Below are positions 1-54,000 of a stretch of DNA of 64,000 bases, one piece after another. The notes below the pieces were generated by a model that was given only the letters and a program-made list of their open reading frames with translations, was not told where the DNA came from and searched no databases. Position 1 is the first letter of the stretch. The number at the start of each line of letters is the position of its first letter. The DNA comes from Octopus vulgaris (lineage: Eukaryota). A program made the position numbers and the translations under genes. The stretch lies in assembly GCA_951406725.2 (NCBI GenBank), contig OX597830.1:56048001-56112000 (forward strand). The letters are read 5' to 3'.

Positions 1-1400
1 ACGGTAAATCAGATACAAAAGTGTTTTTTCCAGTCTGAAAAACATTATTTGGTCTAAGTTCTCAACGGTTGTTTATAGATTAAGCTTCATTATAAAACAA
101 AACGAGGAGCGGGGCACTTCTGATATTAAAATCTAAAAGAGATATTCAATTACTAAAAAGAAAACCGCAAAGTTTATGAACGTGGTGGAAATCAGAAATG
201 ATTATACTCCATGGATATGGTTAAAAAATGTAATAATTCTTAAAATATATCAAAGATATTTCACCGTATAATATCAAAACTGTCGTAAACTATACCTGCG
301 TGTAATATTTAAGATTCAGTACTTTTAAACAATCCTATATTTTGTTGCCGATTTTAATAATAAACTCGATGTTGTTCGTCCATGTGTTTGTTATCGTCTG
401 GTATGTATTTTCGTAGTTGTGACAATGTTTTGAATAAACTTATTTGCTTTCAGAAAATAAAATAAATGAATAAATACATTGAAATACATATGTATAATTT
501 TTTTAAAAATTCAAACACAATATTCGGCGGAAAATAACGACATGATTTAAAACCTGCTGAAAAAGTATACAAAAGTCAGTTAAAATTCGTATTTTTCTTT
601 CATTACTTTTGCCGCCAATTTTAGTCTGATAACGTCCGAACGAGATTTCCCTTTAAGCTCTAAAGTTACTGCTGATATTTTTTTTTTTAGTAATTTTTTC
701 CTATAACACTTCAAATAAATCCAATACACCTTTACTTTTGACAAATTTTATTGGTTTAGGTGAATAAATACAACGATTATTATAAAATAATATCAATTAA
801 TTTTCGGAAAAATAGTCTTCTCCGAGAATAGCGAACGTCGGGCGAACATCAGCCATTGTTCCGTTCGCCTGTTTTAAATATTTTTATGCGATTCAAATGT
901 AAATTTTAAAACCAGTATTTGTAATATAAATTAGCGGGTGAGTATAAATATATATGTATATTTCGTAAAACTATTTGTTTCCTTCAATTTCAATGCATGT
1001 AACCAAATATTTAATCTAATCTGATGCTTTTCCTGAGATAAATGCCCATTCCCTTTGTTAACCAACAATGGAGCGGGGGAAACGAAGACATATGGATTGG
1101 AATATATACGAAATGTTATGGGGAATGTTGATCTTCCGCGATAAGAATTATATAATGTTTCCAAACCAAGTTTTGCTATATTACTCACAGCTATCACATT
1201 TTCACTATTCCTTCTCAAATCATGAACAAATCCTTCATTTTTTTCCTTCCCCTTCATGCCTGCTTCTCCCAAAAAATTAATGATTTGTCCCATATATATA
1301 TATATATACGTATAATAAAATAGGGTAATAATAAATTGTTATTACCAGTGGCCTAGCACAAAAAACGAATTAAGTCATTAGACTATATATATATATATAT

Positions 1401-1564
1401 ATAATACAATAAGAGGTTTCCAAATAGGAAAGCGTTGTGCTAGAAACACAAAAAAGGGATAAATTCACGAAAGGAATGAAAATTAAAAACATTTACCTTT
1501 CATGAATTTATCCCTTTTTTGTGTTCTAGCACAACGCTTTCCTATTTGGAAGCCTCTTATTGTA

Positions 1565-1565
<1 letters not shown>
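1401..1565. repeat. Fold-back palindrome (MITE-like) embedded in (TA)n
   Basis: ~70-bp arms: atacaataagaggtttccaaataggaaagcgttgtgctagaa.. and ..ttctagcacaacgctttcctatttggaagcctcttattgtat. Confidence 0.85.
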
Positions 1566-1603
<38 letters not shown>

Positions 1604-1605
1604 TT

Positions 1606-1745
1606 ATAATACAAATAAGAAAATGGAGAAACAAATTCCACCTCGTTCATCAACTTATGGATATTACAATTTTCCATTAAAATTGTAATATCCGTAAATT
1701 GATGAACGAGAAGAACTTGTTTCTCCATTTTCTTATTTGTATTAT
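1606..1745. repeat. Second fold-back palindrome with ATAATACAA..TTGTATTAT termini
   Basis: ~65-bp arms: ataatacaaataagaaaatggagaaacaa.. and ..ttgtttctccattttcttatttgtattat. Confidence 0.85.
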
Positions 1746-1792
1746 GAATTTACGGTAAAAATATTTTTTTTTACCTCGACCCATTTAATACA

Positions 1793-2083
1793 ATAAATGA
1801 ATTAATCGCATTGCAATTAAAAGCATTTACGTATTGAGAATTTGGGTAATTTACCAACAGTATATTGGATAATTGATATCCCTTAATGGGTTACATTCAT
1901 AACCCATATCTTAATTTATATATATATATATATATATATATTTATAAATGAATTAATTGCATTGCAATTAAAAGCATTTATGTATTAAGAATTTGGGTAA
2001 TTTACCAACAGTATATTGGATAATTGATATCCCTTAATGGGTTACATTCATAACCCATATCTTAATTTATATATATATATATA
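1793..2083 (+). repeat. Direct tandem duplication, ~151-bp period, each unit ending in (TA)n
   Basis: ataaatgaattaat..cccatatcttaatttatata recurs at 1793 and 1944 with only a couple of substitutions. Confidence 0.9.
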
Positions 2084-2824
2084 TTTAAAATGTTACATTG
2101 CTGACTGAAGTAAAATAATTAAAAATGAAATATTTTTGGTCAGTGCCCGTCCCGTCATTTCTAAGGAAATGGTGTTGCATCATAAAGCGTTTTTCGATTT
2201 TTTTTACTATAAAATGTAGTATGGCGACACAGCACTGCACCAACCAATATATGGATATAATATTCAACATTGATCCTTAATTCAGTAGTTACTGAGAGTT
2301 TCTTGGTCTCCTTTCTTTTGTATTGAGTACACACAATCATGTTTTTTTTATGTCTATGTTGGTTGGGTTGGAGTAGGCGAAACAGCGTCACATATGTGTT
2401 TAATGGATAAATTCGAGTGGTCAGGGTTTGCACCCTATTTTGATATTTGCTTGAAATTATTTTACCATTATTTTTCATTTAATGAAAAAATAAAAATATA
2501 TATTGTGAGGAGCTTCTCTGAGTATCTCGTTTCTGATCTTCAGAACTCCGTTTTTATGCATTTTACTAGGGATCGTACTAAGTATCAAATGCAACTACCA
2601 GGATATATATATATATACACACATAAATAATCCTCAATTATATGTAGCGCAGATAGATCATGGTGGATGGATATTAAATGAAGTCACCTATATTTATACA
2701 TTTTCCCCTACGATAAACGAAACTCTTCTACACACTTCCTTATTATATTGCTTTGTTTACTGATGTGGAATATGGGGAATATATTACTTTCACTTTAATC
2801 TTTAATCTTTCACTAGATAAGATG

Positions 2825-3036
2825 TAGAAAAAAATATAATTAAAAAATATTGATCCCTCCCAAATATAATACAGTTTTATTTAGACGAATATAATTTTTT
2901 TTTAATGTTGAAATTAATATTAGTACATTTGTTAATTTACTAATATTAATTTCTACATTAAAAAAAAAATTATATTCGTCTAAATAAGACTATTATATTT
3001 GGGAGAGATCTATATTTTTTAATTATATTTTTTCTA
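2825..3036. repeat. AT-rich fold-back palindrome, ~100-bp arms
   Basis: ctcccaaatataat..tttagacgaatataattt..aaattaatattagta is mirrored by tactaatattaattt..aaattatattcgtctaaa..attatatttgggag. Confidence 0.85.
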
Positions 3037-6000
3037 GTTGAGGTGTTACGTGCAAGTTGCGAAGAAATTTTTGCGTTTTTCCTCTTTATTTCTGCAAATG
3101 CTATATTGATGATGATATTTCTAACAGGTACAGATCCTGAAATTTAGAGAGGGGTTAGTCGAGTGAATCTGATCTGGTATTTGACTGGTCCTTTATTTTA
3201 TCAACCTCGAAAGAATGAATGGTAAAGTTGACACCTCAGCGGGATTTGAACTCGGAACGTAATCAGACGGACATATTTTTCTTCCCGACGCTCTATCTAT
3301 TCAGCCATTAGCTCGCCCTACCCTACAAACAATTTGGTAGAGGGATAAGTCGAACCAATAGTGATGTTCGAGCAATAAATAATTATACGAATGAGGACTA
3401 TTTTTGCAGCAGTAATAATATTTTAATCAAATAAGATATTGTTGGAATATAAGCAACGGATCGATTAAAAAAAAAATTTTTGAAGTGAGATAGGTGTTTC
3501 TCTAGAATCTATTATATTGCCCTCTAAAGTGTATCGTCTTTTTGTTTAGTAATTAATTAATTTTTAAAAAAAGTGTCGACTTTCCCAGCAAAAAAAAAAT
3601 AACTCTAGAATCCCTTAGGTCACGCGACTCATTAATGTTTTAAGCTCTGATTCTCGCAACCATTTCCTCATTCCCCACCCTACTTCTATTTTAGCCAGTG
3701 TCTTGAACTACATTTTGCAATAATTGGCCTTTTATTTACTTAGCTAGGTAGTCGTTGTAGGGTCGACTAGTCACGACTAGCTAGCGCGGATGCGCGAGTG
3801 CACGCACCGGGACCACTCTTTTTAAGTAGTACCTCCCTCTGTTAGGTTTGTAGCTAACTAGAAATATAGGTTAGGTGGAGATCAAGATTTAACTTCCTAA
3901 TCATTTTATAATATATACCTGTTTAATATGAATAGTTCGCGGTAAGATTATTTTTACCTCTGTACGATTTTTATATAGCTATACTGAGCCATTCACTGTA
4001 TACATACAATAGAAAAACAAAAATCAATTCGTGTTCGCTGATAAGACAAAAGTATCCACTGTTGGCAGTCAAAATTTAAGATAATTGTTATAACCACAAT
4101 TACTAATTTTGAATCAGCACGGAAATATAAATTTCTCCTCTTTCTCCAGAGAGAGAGAGACAAAGTCAGAGCCCTAGTTCGTTTTGTGGATTCTTGGAAG
4201 TAGCATCAGCCTTCTTAGTTCCAACGTCGGTATTACAGTTAAAATTTCGTTATAGGATTAGAATTTGGAACATTTAGAATATGGTTTACTGTCGTTTAAC
4301 TCCAAATCAACCACTAAAACGTCTTGTCCTTTTTATCTATTTGTTTCAGGTAAAGTGTATCTAGGACTATTCTATTCCAGCGTGTCCTGCCTTTTTATTT
4401 TTTAAGATATAGCAGGCATGATTTTGGGGAAATTTCTCTATTTCTAGCATCTGGAAACTGCCATGTAGAAGCTTCCTCGTTGGTTTGATGGAACGTTAAT
4501 GATGATATTTGAGCTACTTAGTTTTTATTTTAAATTGATAGGGTGTTGAAAGGCAAAAATAGGATTACATTAGAAGTTATTTCTTCAAACTTTCTCTCCG
4601 AGAACCCTATTTATTCGCTATGAAACCTTTTTAGTGGTTATGTGTTTTATATTTTTAAATACGGGTATTTTCAAATCTTTTATTACTAAACAAAAAATGG
4701 AAATAAACTTCTCGAGAGCCTGTTTTGTTTCAATTTTAAATCGTTTTCATGCAACTATTATATTACTAATTATTGCTACAATTGTGAGTTTCATCCCAAA
4801 AAGAAAAATGATTACCATTTTTATTTCGTATATAATTCGCACTATTTTATAATAGATTTTAACTGAAAAAACGAATTTGACTTATGCATGGGGCAATGCT
4901 AAAACCATGAAGGGACAAATTTTGTACCAAGATTTACTAAACTAAGAGTGCGACTTATACGCAAGTAAATACGGCAAATTAGCTTGAGATTAACGGACTC
5001 TAAGAGATAGAGAAAAAAATGAACCAAGTAGGGCAGTCTTCGAATATATAGCGACCTATTTTGTCAAACTGCAGTTAATATTTGTATTTTCGATGCCGGC
5101 GATTTTGGTGTGATCGAATCCAAAGTAAGACAATGCAAAATACACGCAATATGTTTGGTTCATATATATATATGTGTGTGTGTGTGTGTATACCGTAAGC
5201 CACTCGCTGCCTAGCTGACAAAGTGAAATATACTTTTCTGGAGGAAAGTACAGTGTCCATGGCCTTTTGCAAGCCATCCTAGATCAGTGAAATCGATGCT
5301 ATCTTCCTCTTGGACAATTGTAAATCAACACCTGCTGGGATGGCCTAAACTGAAAGAGAATTCTACGAGCCGACCATTCAGAGAATAGAAAACTGGGCAT
5401 AATTTCGGAATAGCTGTCCAAACAAGTTGGAATTTCTCCGTTTTTTCCTCGATTTTTTCCAATCTTTTGTTTTTAACATCTCCACCTCCCCTTCGTATCT
5501 CTACGACAACTATTCCAAACGTCTGTCTAATAATTTTCATAAGAATTTAAAAAAGAAAAACATAAAAAGGGAATTTTTTCTCACTATTATATCTCGCTCG
5601 TCCTTCTATGTTCTTTGTGAGTCTGTAACTTTAAACACAGATTCATCTGAAGAGAGAGTCGAACGTAATTTGGAAGAATTAAGTTTCAGTTCAGTAACGG
5701 TGAACCAGAATGCCATGTGGTATTTGGCAGACGGAACAATCGACGCCTCAAAAATGAAAGTTGGATATAAAATTTCATATTGGTAGTAAGACCGAAAGTA
5801 TTTTTAGGTCGATTCCGGGCGCCAGGGAATGATAATCTTTGGGATAGAAAGTAGAATGAACTTAAAAAGACTGCAAGACAAGTTCCTGACCATTCACGAC
5901 ACTTCGGTTGTTCCTTTTGAGAGTTGCAGGATTTGTTTCGTTGCTTTATGCAAAAGAACTAGTTGCTGTGGTCATTAGTCGATCAGTTCGGGACAGGCAT

Positions 6001-6949
6001 GAACAGCCTTTTTGTAGAAGTGACACACTCGAGACCTGGTTTCACATCCAGGCAGGCTGCACTAATAAAACAGAAAAAAAAATTCAACGTAATTTTTCAT
6101 TGGGCGGGTCGTTCTGAAAGTTCCGCGAACCGCAATTTGCCCATGTTGGCATGATTTCTACGGCTGGATGCCCTTCCTAACGTCAACCACTCCACAGTGT
6201 ACTTAGTGCTTTTAACATGGCACCAACACCGGTATCTATTCTGCTGTGAATTACGGGTTTTCTTGAGTACAGCAAAGTGCCACTTACCGGCAAAAGTGAA
6301 AGTGATGTATACTTAAATATTGCTTAACCACTATCATACTTAAAATATATTGAATAACTTAACCCTTAACTTTTATATCTACTTTTTCATATCTATAATT
6401 GATTTCAATGTTTTTTTGTTTTTTTTCTTTCTTTTTTTTTTCATAATATAAAATTTTGGTTAATGTCTCAATTTGATATGCTGATTGTCTGTATTGTCCC
6501 TTTGCTGTTCAAAAAGTTAAATGACAGTCGATGTGGTTTTATGTTGGTGGGGCTATCAGTTCACTGTTATAGGGGAAGGTGTCTGTTCTGGAAGTGGGTG
6601 GTTAAGTGCCCGGAGATTTATTTTCCAAACAACAATGTGTAAATTACTACTAATCTATGCGCTTCGTATATGGGTTCCTTGCTCCAGCACCCAAGGTTAG
6701 CCATACAAAAGTCCTGTATAACGTACCATTTTTCACCTACTCTGGTAACTTTCCATGAGTAATTGATTGGTACTCGGTTTTGCTGCTTGTTTTCCCCACT
6801 TTCTGTTTTCACTTTGTCAAGGACCATCACCCCTGTCTTAGTTGTATTTAGTTTATTGATTTACTTGTTCTATCTATATCTATACTATAAATAAAGCTGT
6901 AATATAATTAATTTGATTTGTTCTAAATTGCACGGTAGCCGATAGACAT

Positions 6950-7041
6950 TTGATTGGCTTTCGTTCAGTTGTGAAAGTGAAACGTTGCGCTGTTATTCGG
7001 AAATCAAACATTCAACTTTCTACAGATCCCCTAGCGTTAGT
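6950..7041 (+). promoter_or_regulatory. Candidate SMARCE1 promoter and non-coding first exon
   Basis: Inverted CCAAT (GATTGG), Inr-like TCAGTT at 6965-6970, GTTAGT donor at 7036, inside the CpG-retaining zone. Coding exon 1 needs an upstream exon. Confidence 0.3.
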
Positions 7042-8759
7042 AGTACTACACTATGTAGTGTTTATTTCTAATAATTTTTAATGTTTTTGCTTCAATCTTT
7101 AGGTTTCATTTTATCTTCAATTATTTTTGCGCTTTGTTTAACCCTTTCGCCGTGATTATCATTCACTCGTTATGTCTCTCTCTTTCTCTCATATACACAC
7201 ACACACTTTTTTCTCTCAAATTCTACCTCCATTCTTTCTCTTTGTTTACCAACGTCTCCCGCTACCACCACCACCAATTCATAACATTTCCGAATATATC
7301 TTTATTCCTATCAATCTCTTGCCCTCTCTATTTTAGAATTTTGCTTTCTTCTTCCTGCCTCTTTTTTGCCCCTTCCCGTACCTCCTCTTTCTCTCTTAGT
7401 GTGACATAAGCAATGAGAAACTAAAACTTGACACGTGACATAGCGTTACTTCATCTCTACAAATATTTAATATACGAATGTGCAGCCAGTTAATCCACCC
7501 ACCCCACCCACCTCACTTATGGATTTCAATATACACTGTCGTTTACTGCTATGTGACCGACTGTTAACTATACATAGCACCTGCTATTGATTCAGTGCTA
7601 CGTCGTTTCACTATAGTAATGGCAGTCTATGGATTGGCAGATCGTTAATGCGTCGGACAAACTGCCTTGCGATATATATTCTGGCTCTTTTACTTTTAGG
7701 TTCAAATACATTCAAGATTAACTTTGCTTTTCACCCTTTCGGAATCTATAAAATATAATACCAGTTAAGTACTGGAGTCAAGCGGTATCTATTAATTCCT
7801 CCTCTACCCCGCCCCGAATAATGATGAGTCAAGCTTTGTGCTATTATTAGAAACATATGTGTTAGTGTAAATAATTGTTACAATTTGTGAAGCTTCAGAC
7901 GAAATAAAAAAAGACCTCCAATGTATATAGTAAACTTTATTCATTCGAAGCTTTTGACTCAATCTGTCGTTACTCTGAGTTTACACGATCGCATAACATT
8001 AAAAGTAGCCACCGAGTGAATCAACTCCAAGTGAATTAGTATGAGTGACAGGCTATCAATCTGCTCGGTAAGCAGGTTAGTGCAGTGGCGACTACTACCG
8101 TTGCTGTTTTACACTTAAAATGATGTGATTAATATGAACGAGTTAAGACCCCCACCCCCGACAAAAAATGACGACGTCACCTCAGTGACATCTTGAAATA
8201 ATTAATCGATATTTTACATTTATGTAAAAGAAAGCATGAATAAAACTGGCATTCATGATGCATTATTTCTCCCCTGCTAGATCTTAATATTTCTTACCAT
8301 TTCTTTCTGTTGTATAAAACTGCAGACAGTTTCTTCTTAGATTATCAGCTGGAAACAAATGTCGTTTTACCTGATTTTAGAGCACTTGTTACCTATACAC
8401 TTCCTTTTGAGTGCTTTCCTTGCATGTGAATTCCATGTTTACCAGTGATACAAATAAAAAAAAGAAATTTTTTAACTCATCAAAGTAGCTTTTAATAAAG
8501 GTTGTTCTAATTGATTTAGATCAGTGATGCTGAAGCTTTCTTTTTAATTATTGCCCCCTTTTAACACTATTCCAATGGTTCATGTAATTAAAAATAGCAG
8601 ACAATAGGTTGATCACTATTGAATGACTCTTTGCACATCACAAGTCATTTCATAAATATAATATGCAGTGTTAAAACCAACATTTCAGCTACTATAATAT
8701 AGTAGCTGAATCAGATAATATAATCAGATGATTCACAATCAGAATAAAGATTGGAAATA

Positions 8760-9050
8760 CAGTGAAACCTCATCACAAGCAAATTGGTTTTATGAACAAT
8801 TTTTCAAGGATAAAACGTTTAGGGTGACAAATGGTGTCTCGAGTAATGAACATGCAAGCCAGTAGCAACATTTGACGACAAGCTGGGAGTATCAGCAGGA
8901 GAGCATCAATTGTTGTCTAGTTTTCACTCTGTATATCCCTGCTCAAATTTGCTGTGCCTTCTCTTGAAATTCCTATGAGAAAAATAGTTTCACTTTATAG
9001 ACATTTCAGCCTTCAGGGACAAATCAAATTCATAACCTAAGATTCCACTG
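8760..9050. mobile_element. Pogo/Tigger-like MITE, apparently inside an older hAT-like MITE (~8522-9178)
   Basis: TA-CAGTGAAACCT ... AGATTCCACTG-TA termini with TA TSD; outer CAGTGATG..AAGCATTG termini are degenerate. Confidence 0.6.
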
Positions 9051-9945
9051 TATTTTTAATATTAGGGATATTACAAGATGTGTCTTTCACACACTTAGTA
9101 GCCTCTTTTCCCCCAGTACTTAGGTAAAAATTTCCACTGTTCCCCAGGGGATGGTGTTTCTCATTTTTAAAAGCATTGTTTTAGTAATTTGACACAATTT
9201 TATGTTTTTATTTCCTCAGCAACCTGTTAAGAAAAATTCAATAATGGCACATTTTTGTTTTAACCCAGCACACATAATAACCATCTATACTAGCTATTAC
9301 TATAACTTTCTTTTAAAAAAATTAAAAAAATTATAACAAACTACTTCAATAAACTGTATATCAGTGACTGCAATCTTGCACTTTACAGGCCAACTTCTAA
9401 AAGCAGTTCTGCATGCCATACAGCTTTCCATTTCTTATATTAAAATCCCAGGTCAAATCACAAAATCATCCATCATATTCTGTACAATGAATTGTCAAAT
9501 GAAATAGGTTTTTTTTTCTGTATTGCATTCTTTTCTGATAATCAGTCTATCTTTTACCAATATTCTGCTGAGTTCCATGCACATTGTTGTTTTTCTATAA
9601 TTGTTTTCCATATAATTTTGAAATCTATGCTGAAGATAAAACGCATTTCAAAACATCATCTAATAAGAAACAAAAAGCATTTTACAGCAATACAGGAATG
9701 GTTATACTAAAAAGTGTCTTTTTAATGACAATCACAGATTAATTCAACAGAATTTATTTCAATTATTGTACTGTTAGGTTTTGTTTGTTTTAGAAACCTA
9801 GAATAGAAGTTCCTAGTAAAACCCTGGTCTGAAGCTCATGTTATTTCATTTCCCACATCTAGACATTTTACACCATTTAATGTTTCTGTTTTTACAAGGG
9901 CAGTAATGACAATCCAGTTCATTTCTCCAATTATAATACCTCTTT

Positions 9946-10305
9946 CATCATCATCATTTAGCGTCCGCTTTCCATGCTAGCATGGGTTGGACGGTTCAAC
10001 TGGGGTCTGGGAAGCCTGAAGGCTGCACCAGGCCCAGTCTGATCTGGCAGTGTTTCTACGGCTGGATACCCTTTCTAACGCCAACCACTCCGTGAGTGTA
10101 GTGGGTGCTTTTTACGTGCCACCCGCACAGGTGCCAGACAGGGCTGGCAAACGGCCACGGACAGATGGTGCTTTTTACATGCCACCGGCACGGGGGCCAG
10201 GCAAGGCTGGCAACGGCCACGATCGGATGGTGCTTTTTACGTGCCACCGGCACAGAGGCCAATCGGGGCGGCGCTGGCAACGGACACGGTCGGGTAGTGC
10301 TTTTT
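9946..10305 (-). mobile_element. Retroposon 3' fragment with RTE-like (GAT)n tail and internal ~55-bp tandem subrepeats
   Basis: catcatcatttagcgtccgctttccatgctagcatgggttggacg.. also present at 57443, 58465, 59989 and 60496. Confidence 0.8.
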
Positions 10306-10797
10306 GTAAGTTTAAAATTTGTTTTACTCCTACTAGCATGTATCAGGCTAGATTTTACTGACAATTGCTCTTACTATTGCCAACCCTTAGTTGGCTTTTC
10401 AAGTAAAGGATATTTTTATTCCACAAAAGTGCAGGGCAAACAGTCATAATTTCAAAACAAGGAATGTAAACTCATTCACCATTTCACTCAAGCAAAGCTG
10501 TCAAATGTTAGCATTCATGCATGTTTGCACACACTCACACACACACAATGTGCATGCATAATTATATGATGGGCTTCTTTCATTTACCAAGTACATTCAC
10601 AAGGCATTGCTCAGTGGGACTGAACCCAAAACTGTGTTTTGTAAAGTGAACTTCTTAATCCTGTGTCCACCTATAAGATATCAGCAATTTTAGTTAAATG
10701 TTGCCATGTCTAAATAGACTCTTCTTGTAGTAGTTTGTTATGGAATATAAGTTCTTAAGTAACTTTTGTATTACATTTCAGATAGCCATTCTTCACT

Positions 10798-51000
<40,203 letters not shown>

Positions 51001-54000
51001 TTGGAATCAAAACTAGTTCTACTTCATAGATATCAGTTTTTTATTCAGTATGAATCATAATAACGATAATAATAATAATTAAAAAAAGAAAGAAGAAAAA
51101 AAAAGAAGACAAACCATAAACAAACTTTTATCCTTATTCCCACTTTCTTGGTTATTTCAGCTTCAAGTTGATAAAAAGATCTCCCAAAATCCTCCTCTTT
51201 TATTTTTTTTTTCATTTATTTTTGGTAGTTCCTTTTTTTTTTATTATTCTGAACTACAACTACTTTGGTTGTTACTGTGTATGCATGACTATGATTTCAG
51301 ATGTAGCTCCACCACCCAGCTAGCTACTACTGCTACTACTACTTCTACTACCACTACTATATACCACTACTACCAAAAGCATGTACTACTGGATAAAGGA
51401 CCTTCTTCCCGAATATAAAACTAACATATATATGCTTTCACTCACACATATGCACACACACATACTCATACATACATACATACATACACACGTGCAAACA
51501 TGCACTGTGAGATAGTTCTGCATGTCACATTCTATAATGTATATATATGTGCGTGTACATACACACACACAAACAAACAAATATATACAATAAGGTACAT
51601 GAAATTAATTGAATGTATTCATGACTAAGGCTTCGCTTGTGTTAAGGACATTGGTGATATTTCATTTTAGACAATAGGGCATTTTACATTCATTATTATC
51701 ATAACTTTATGACAATTATCATTTATTAAGATACTATTATTATTATTATTTACTTGAGGGCTATGTTGTTTTAATACTTCTGAAAGTTCCTGAACTCAAT
51801 TCCTCTTAAGACTATTGTATTTTTTAAACTTGACATATTTCTTATTGAAAAATTTTTTTTATGTTACCTCACCTGTATATGCTATCAATCTGCTAATTGT
51901 ATTTATCCATGTAACTTTGCAGTAGATCTTTCCGAATGTCTTGCCTATCATTCCTACCTACAGCTGGAGGAGTTGAATATTGAAATATGGAATGGTGTTG
52001 GTGCCATTGCTGTGCTGATTATAAAAAAAAACAAAAAAAGAAAGAAAAGAAAATATACCCTTTTTTTTTTCTCTTTCTCTCTCTCTCTCTCAAGACAATT
52101 CTCTTTAAGCTACACACTGCCCGGGGAGGAAAACCAATATTATTATTTTTATTATTATAATTATCTGTTGTGTATGATGCTGTATGATCATGTATGATGC
52201 TCAGAGATACTTTATACAACTCAATTCATTTAGACTGCCAGTCTGTGAACTCTTATAATAATAATGATAATAATAATAACAAGCAAGATTTTAATTTTTT
52301 TAAATTAATTAATCAATTAGTATTTAATGAACACTAGAAAATTTTAACTGAAAAATGGAAAAGTTTTTTTTTTGTTTTTTTTTTAACTATAATTTTACAC
52401 TTTTACACACTTGTTCAGCTTTTATTAATACAACTTATAAAAGATATATTTAGAAGTGGGGAAACAGAAAAAAAAAAGAAACAAAATAAGATGAAATTTG
52501 CCGACATTTTTTTTGTTTTTTGCATCCATTTGGGATGATGAAATAGAATTATTCCAAAAGATGGAGCTGACTGGGTTTGGAATGAGAAGTCTTTGGAACT
52601 ACTCGTGTAATCTCGTATAACCTGCAGTTGGTACCAACTTCTAGGGATCTCTTCTATTGACTGGGACCACACAGAATATTGCTATGGTAACAACATTTAC
52701 AATGCTTCAAATCGACCATTTGTGGTTCAAACTTTTTTTTTTTTTCTTTTTGAACTGCTGCACCATATTTAGGCTTCTGTTACCATCAATTGGAATGACA
52801 GTTATGTCAATGTATATTTTATTTTGTTTCTCTTACCTTTCACATTTCCTGATATACAAATTTAAAGAAGTCAGTTTTATATATATAATGAGAACTGAAA
52901 ATATTAAAAAGGAAAGCAAGAATGAACTAGGGACATGTTTTAACCTCCTTCATGCATCATGGCTGAGAGCAGGACTATTCAACAACAATTGTGCCCATTT
53001 ATAATCAAGCACTTATCTGATGACACCAGCTTGTGGTTTACAGATCATTTTCTTGGGCTACATTTATTATTAATTTATATATTCTTTCTCCCCACTTCTC
53101 TCCCAGTGGTAAGACAATCACTTATTAAAGACACCTGAAGTTATCTTCTCAGCATTTAGACTTCATGGTGTTTTTGTTTTTTGTTGTTTTTTTTTATAAA
53201 TCTCTTTGGAATGTCTACAACAAGGAAACTGTTTCATGTGTCCTAAACGTCAATGCTAAAACTTGCAATAATAGCTAATGTTTTATAATCACCTAGTTAA
53301 TTAATCACCTTAGTATTACACCAACTTGATTCATACACTTGATATTTAGCAAACAACAAACAAAAAAATTCCCATTTTTGTTTTTAATTGAAAATAACAT
53401 CTTTTGGATTAAATATAAATTTTATTCATCAAACATTTCAATCATGGTGTCATTTCTAGTCAACCATTAGTCATTATTGAAAATGAATTTTTTAAGAGTT
53501 TTTTTTTTCATCCCTTACATCAACTATGACTCATTAGTAGGCATTTATGAAAGATTTTTTGAAGAATATATTGTTTCAATATCGGTCATTCAGAAGGATA
53601 GGTTCTAAACGAACTAACGCTAACGAGCATTTAACATTTTGGGTCTTGCTCTGGTATCATTAGAACACTACGCTTCTCTTATCTATCACGTTGATTATTA
53701 ACACACTGTAATGCACGTCCTATGCAAAATATATATATATATATATTTTATGACTATAATTTTTCAAACTATTAACCTCGTCTTTTAGAGATGGAAAACG
53801 TTTTAATATTTACATCTACGCAAACAGAAAAATAAAAATACTAATAAGGAAATTTATAAATCTTTACATGCATCTGAATATAAAAGAAACAAAAAAAAAA
53901 ATAACACAATAATCTGATGATACATTTTAAAATATGATTTAGTTAACACTAGGTTATTTCTGATCTTCCCAAGATGCAACTCATTTCTGAGAATAGGCGG

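Noticed and set aside
797-856. Minus-strand ATG in good context (MADVRPTFAILGEDYFSEN*)
   Set aside because: Stops after 19 codons with no convincing donor; cannot support a gene call.
931-1293. 120-aa ORF and the many other 60-130-aa ORFs in introns
   Set aside because: Low-complexity or microsatellite-driven, with no domain motifs or splice-phase support.
10105-10305. Regularly spaced ~55-bp units superficially like a CRISPR array
   Set aside because: Eukaryotic context; the spacers resemble each other; part of a dispersed repeat.
10050-10449. Three overlapping ORFs over 100 aa (similar ORFs at 57242-57685 and 60005-60673)
   Set aside because: They lie in GC-richer multicopy retroposon sequence, with no protein motifs.
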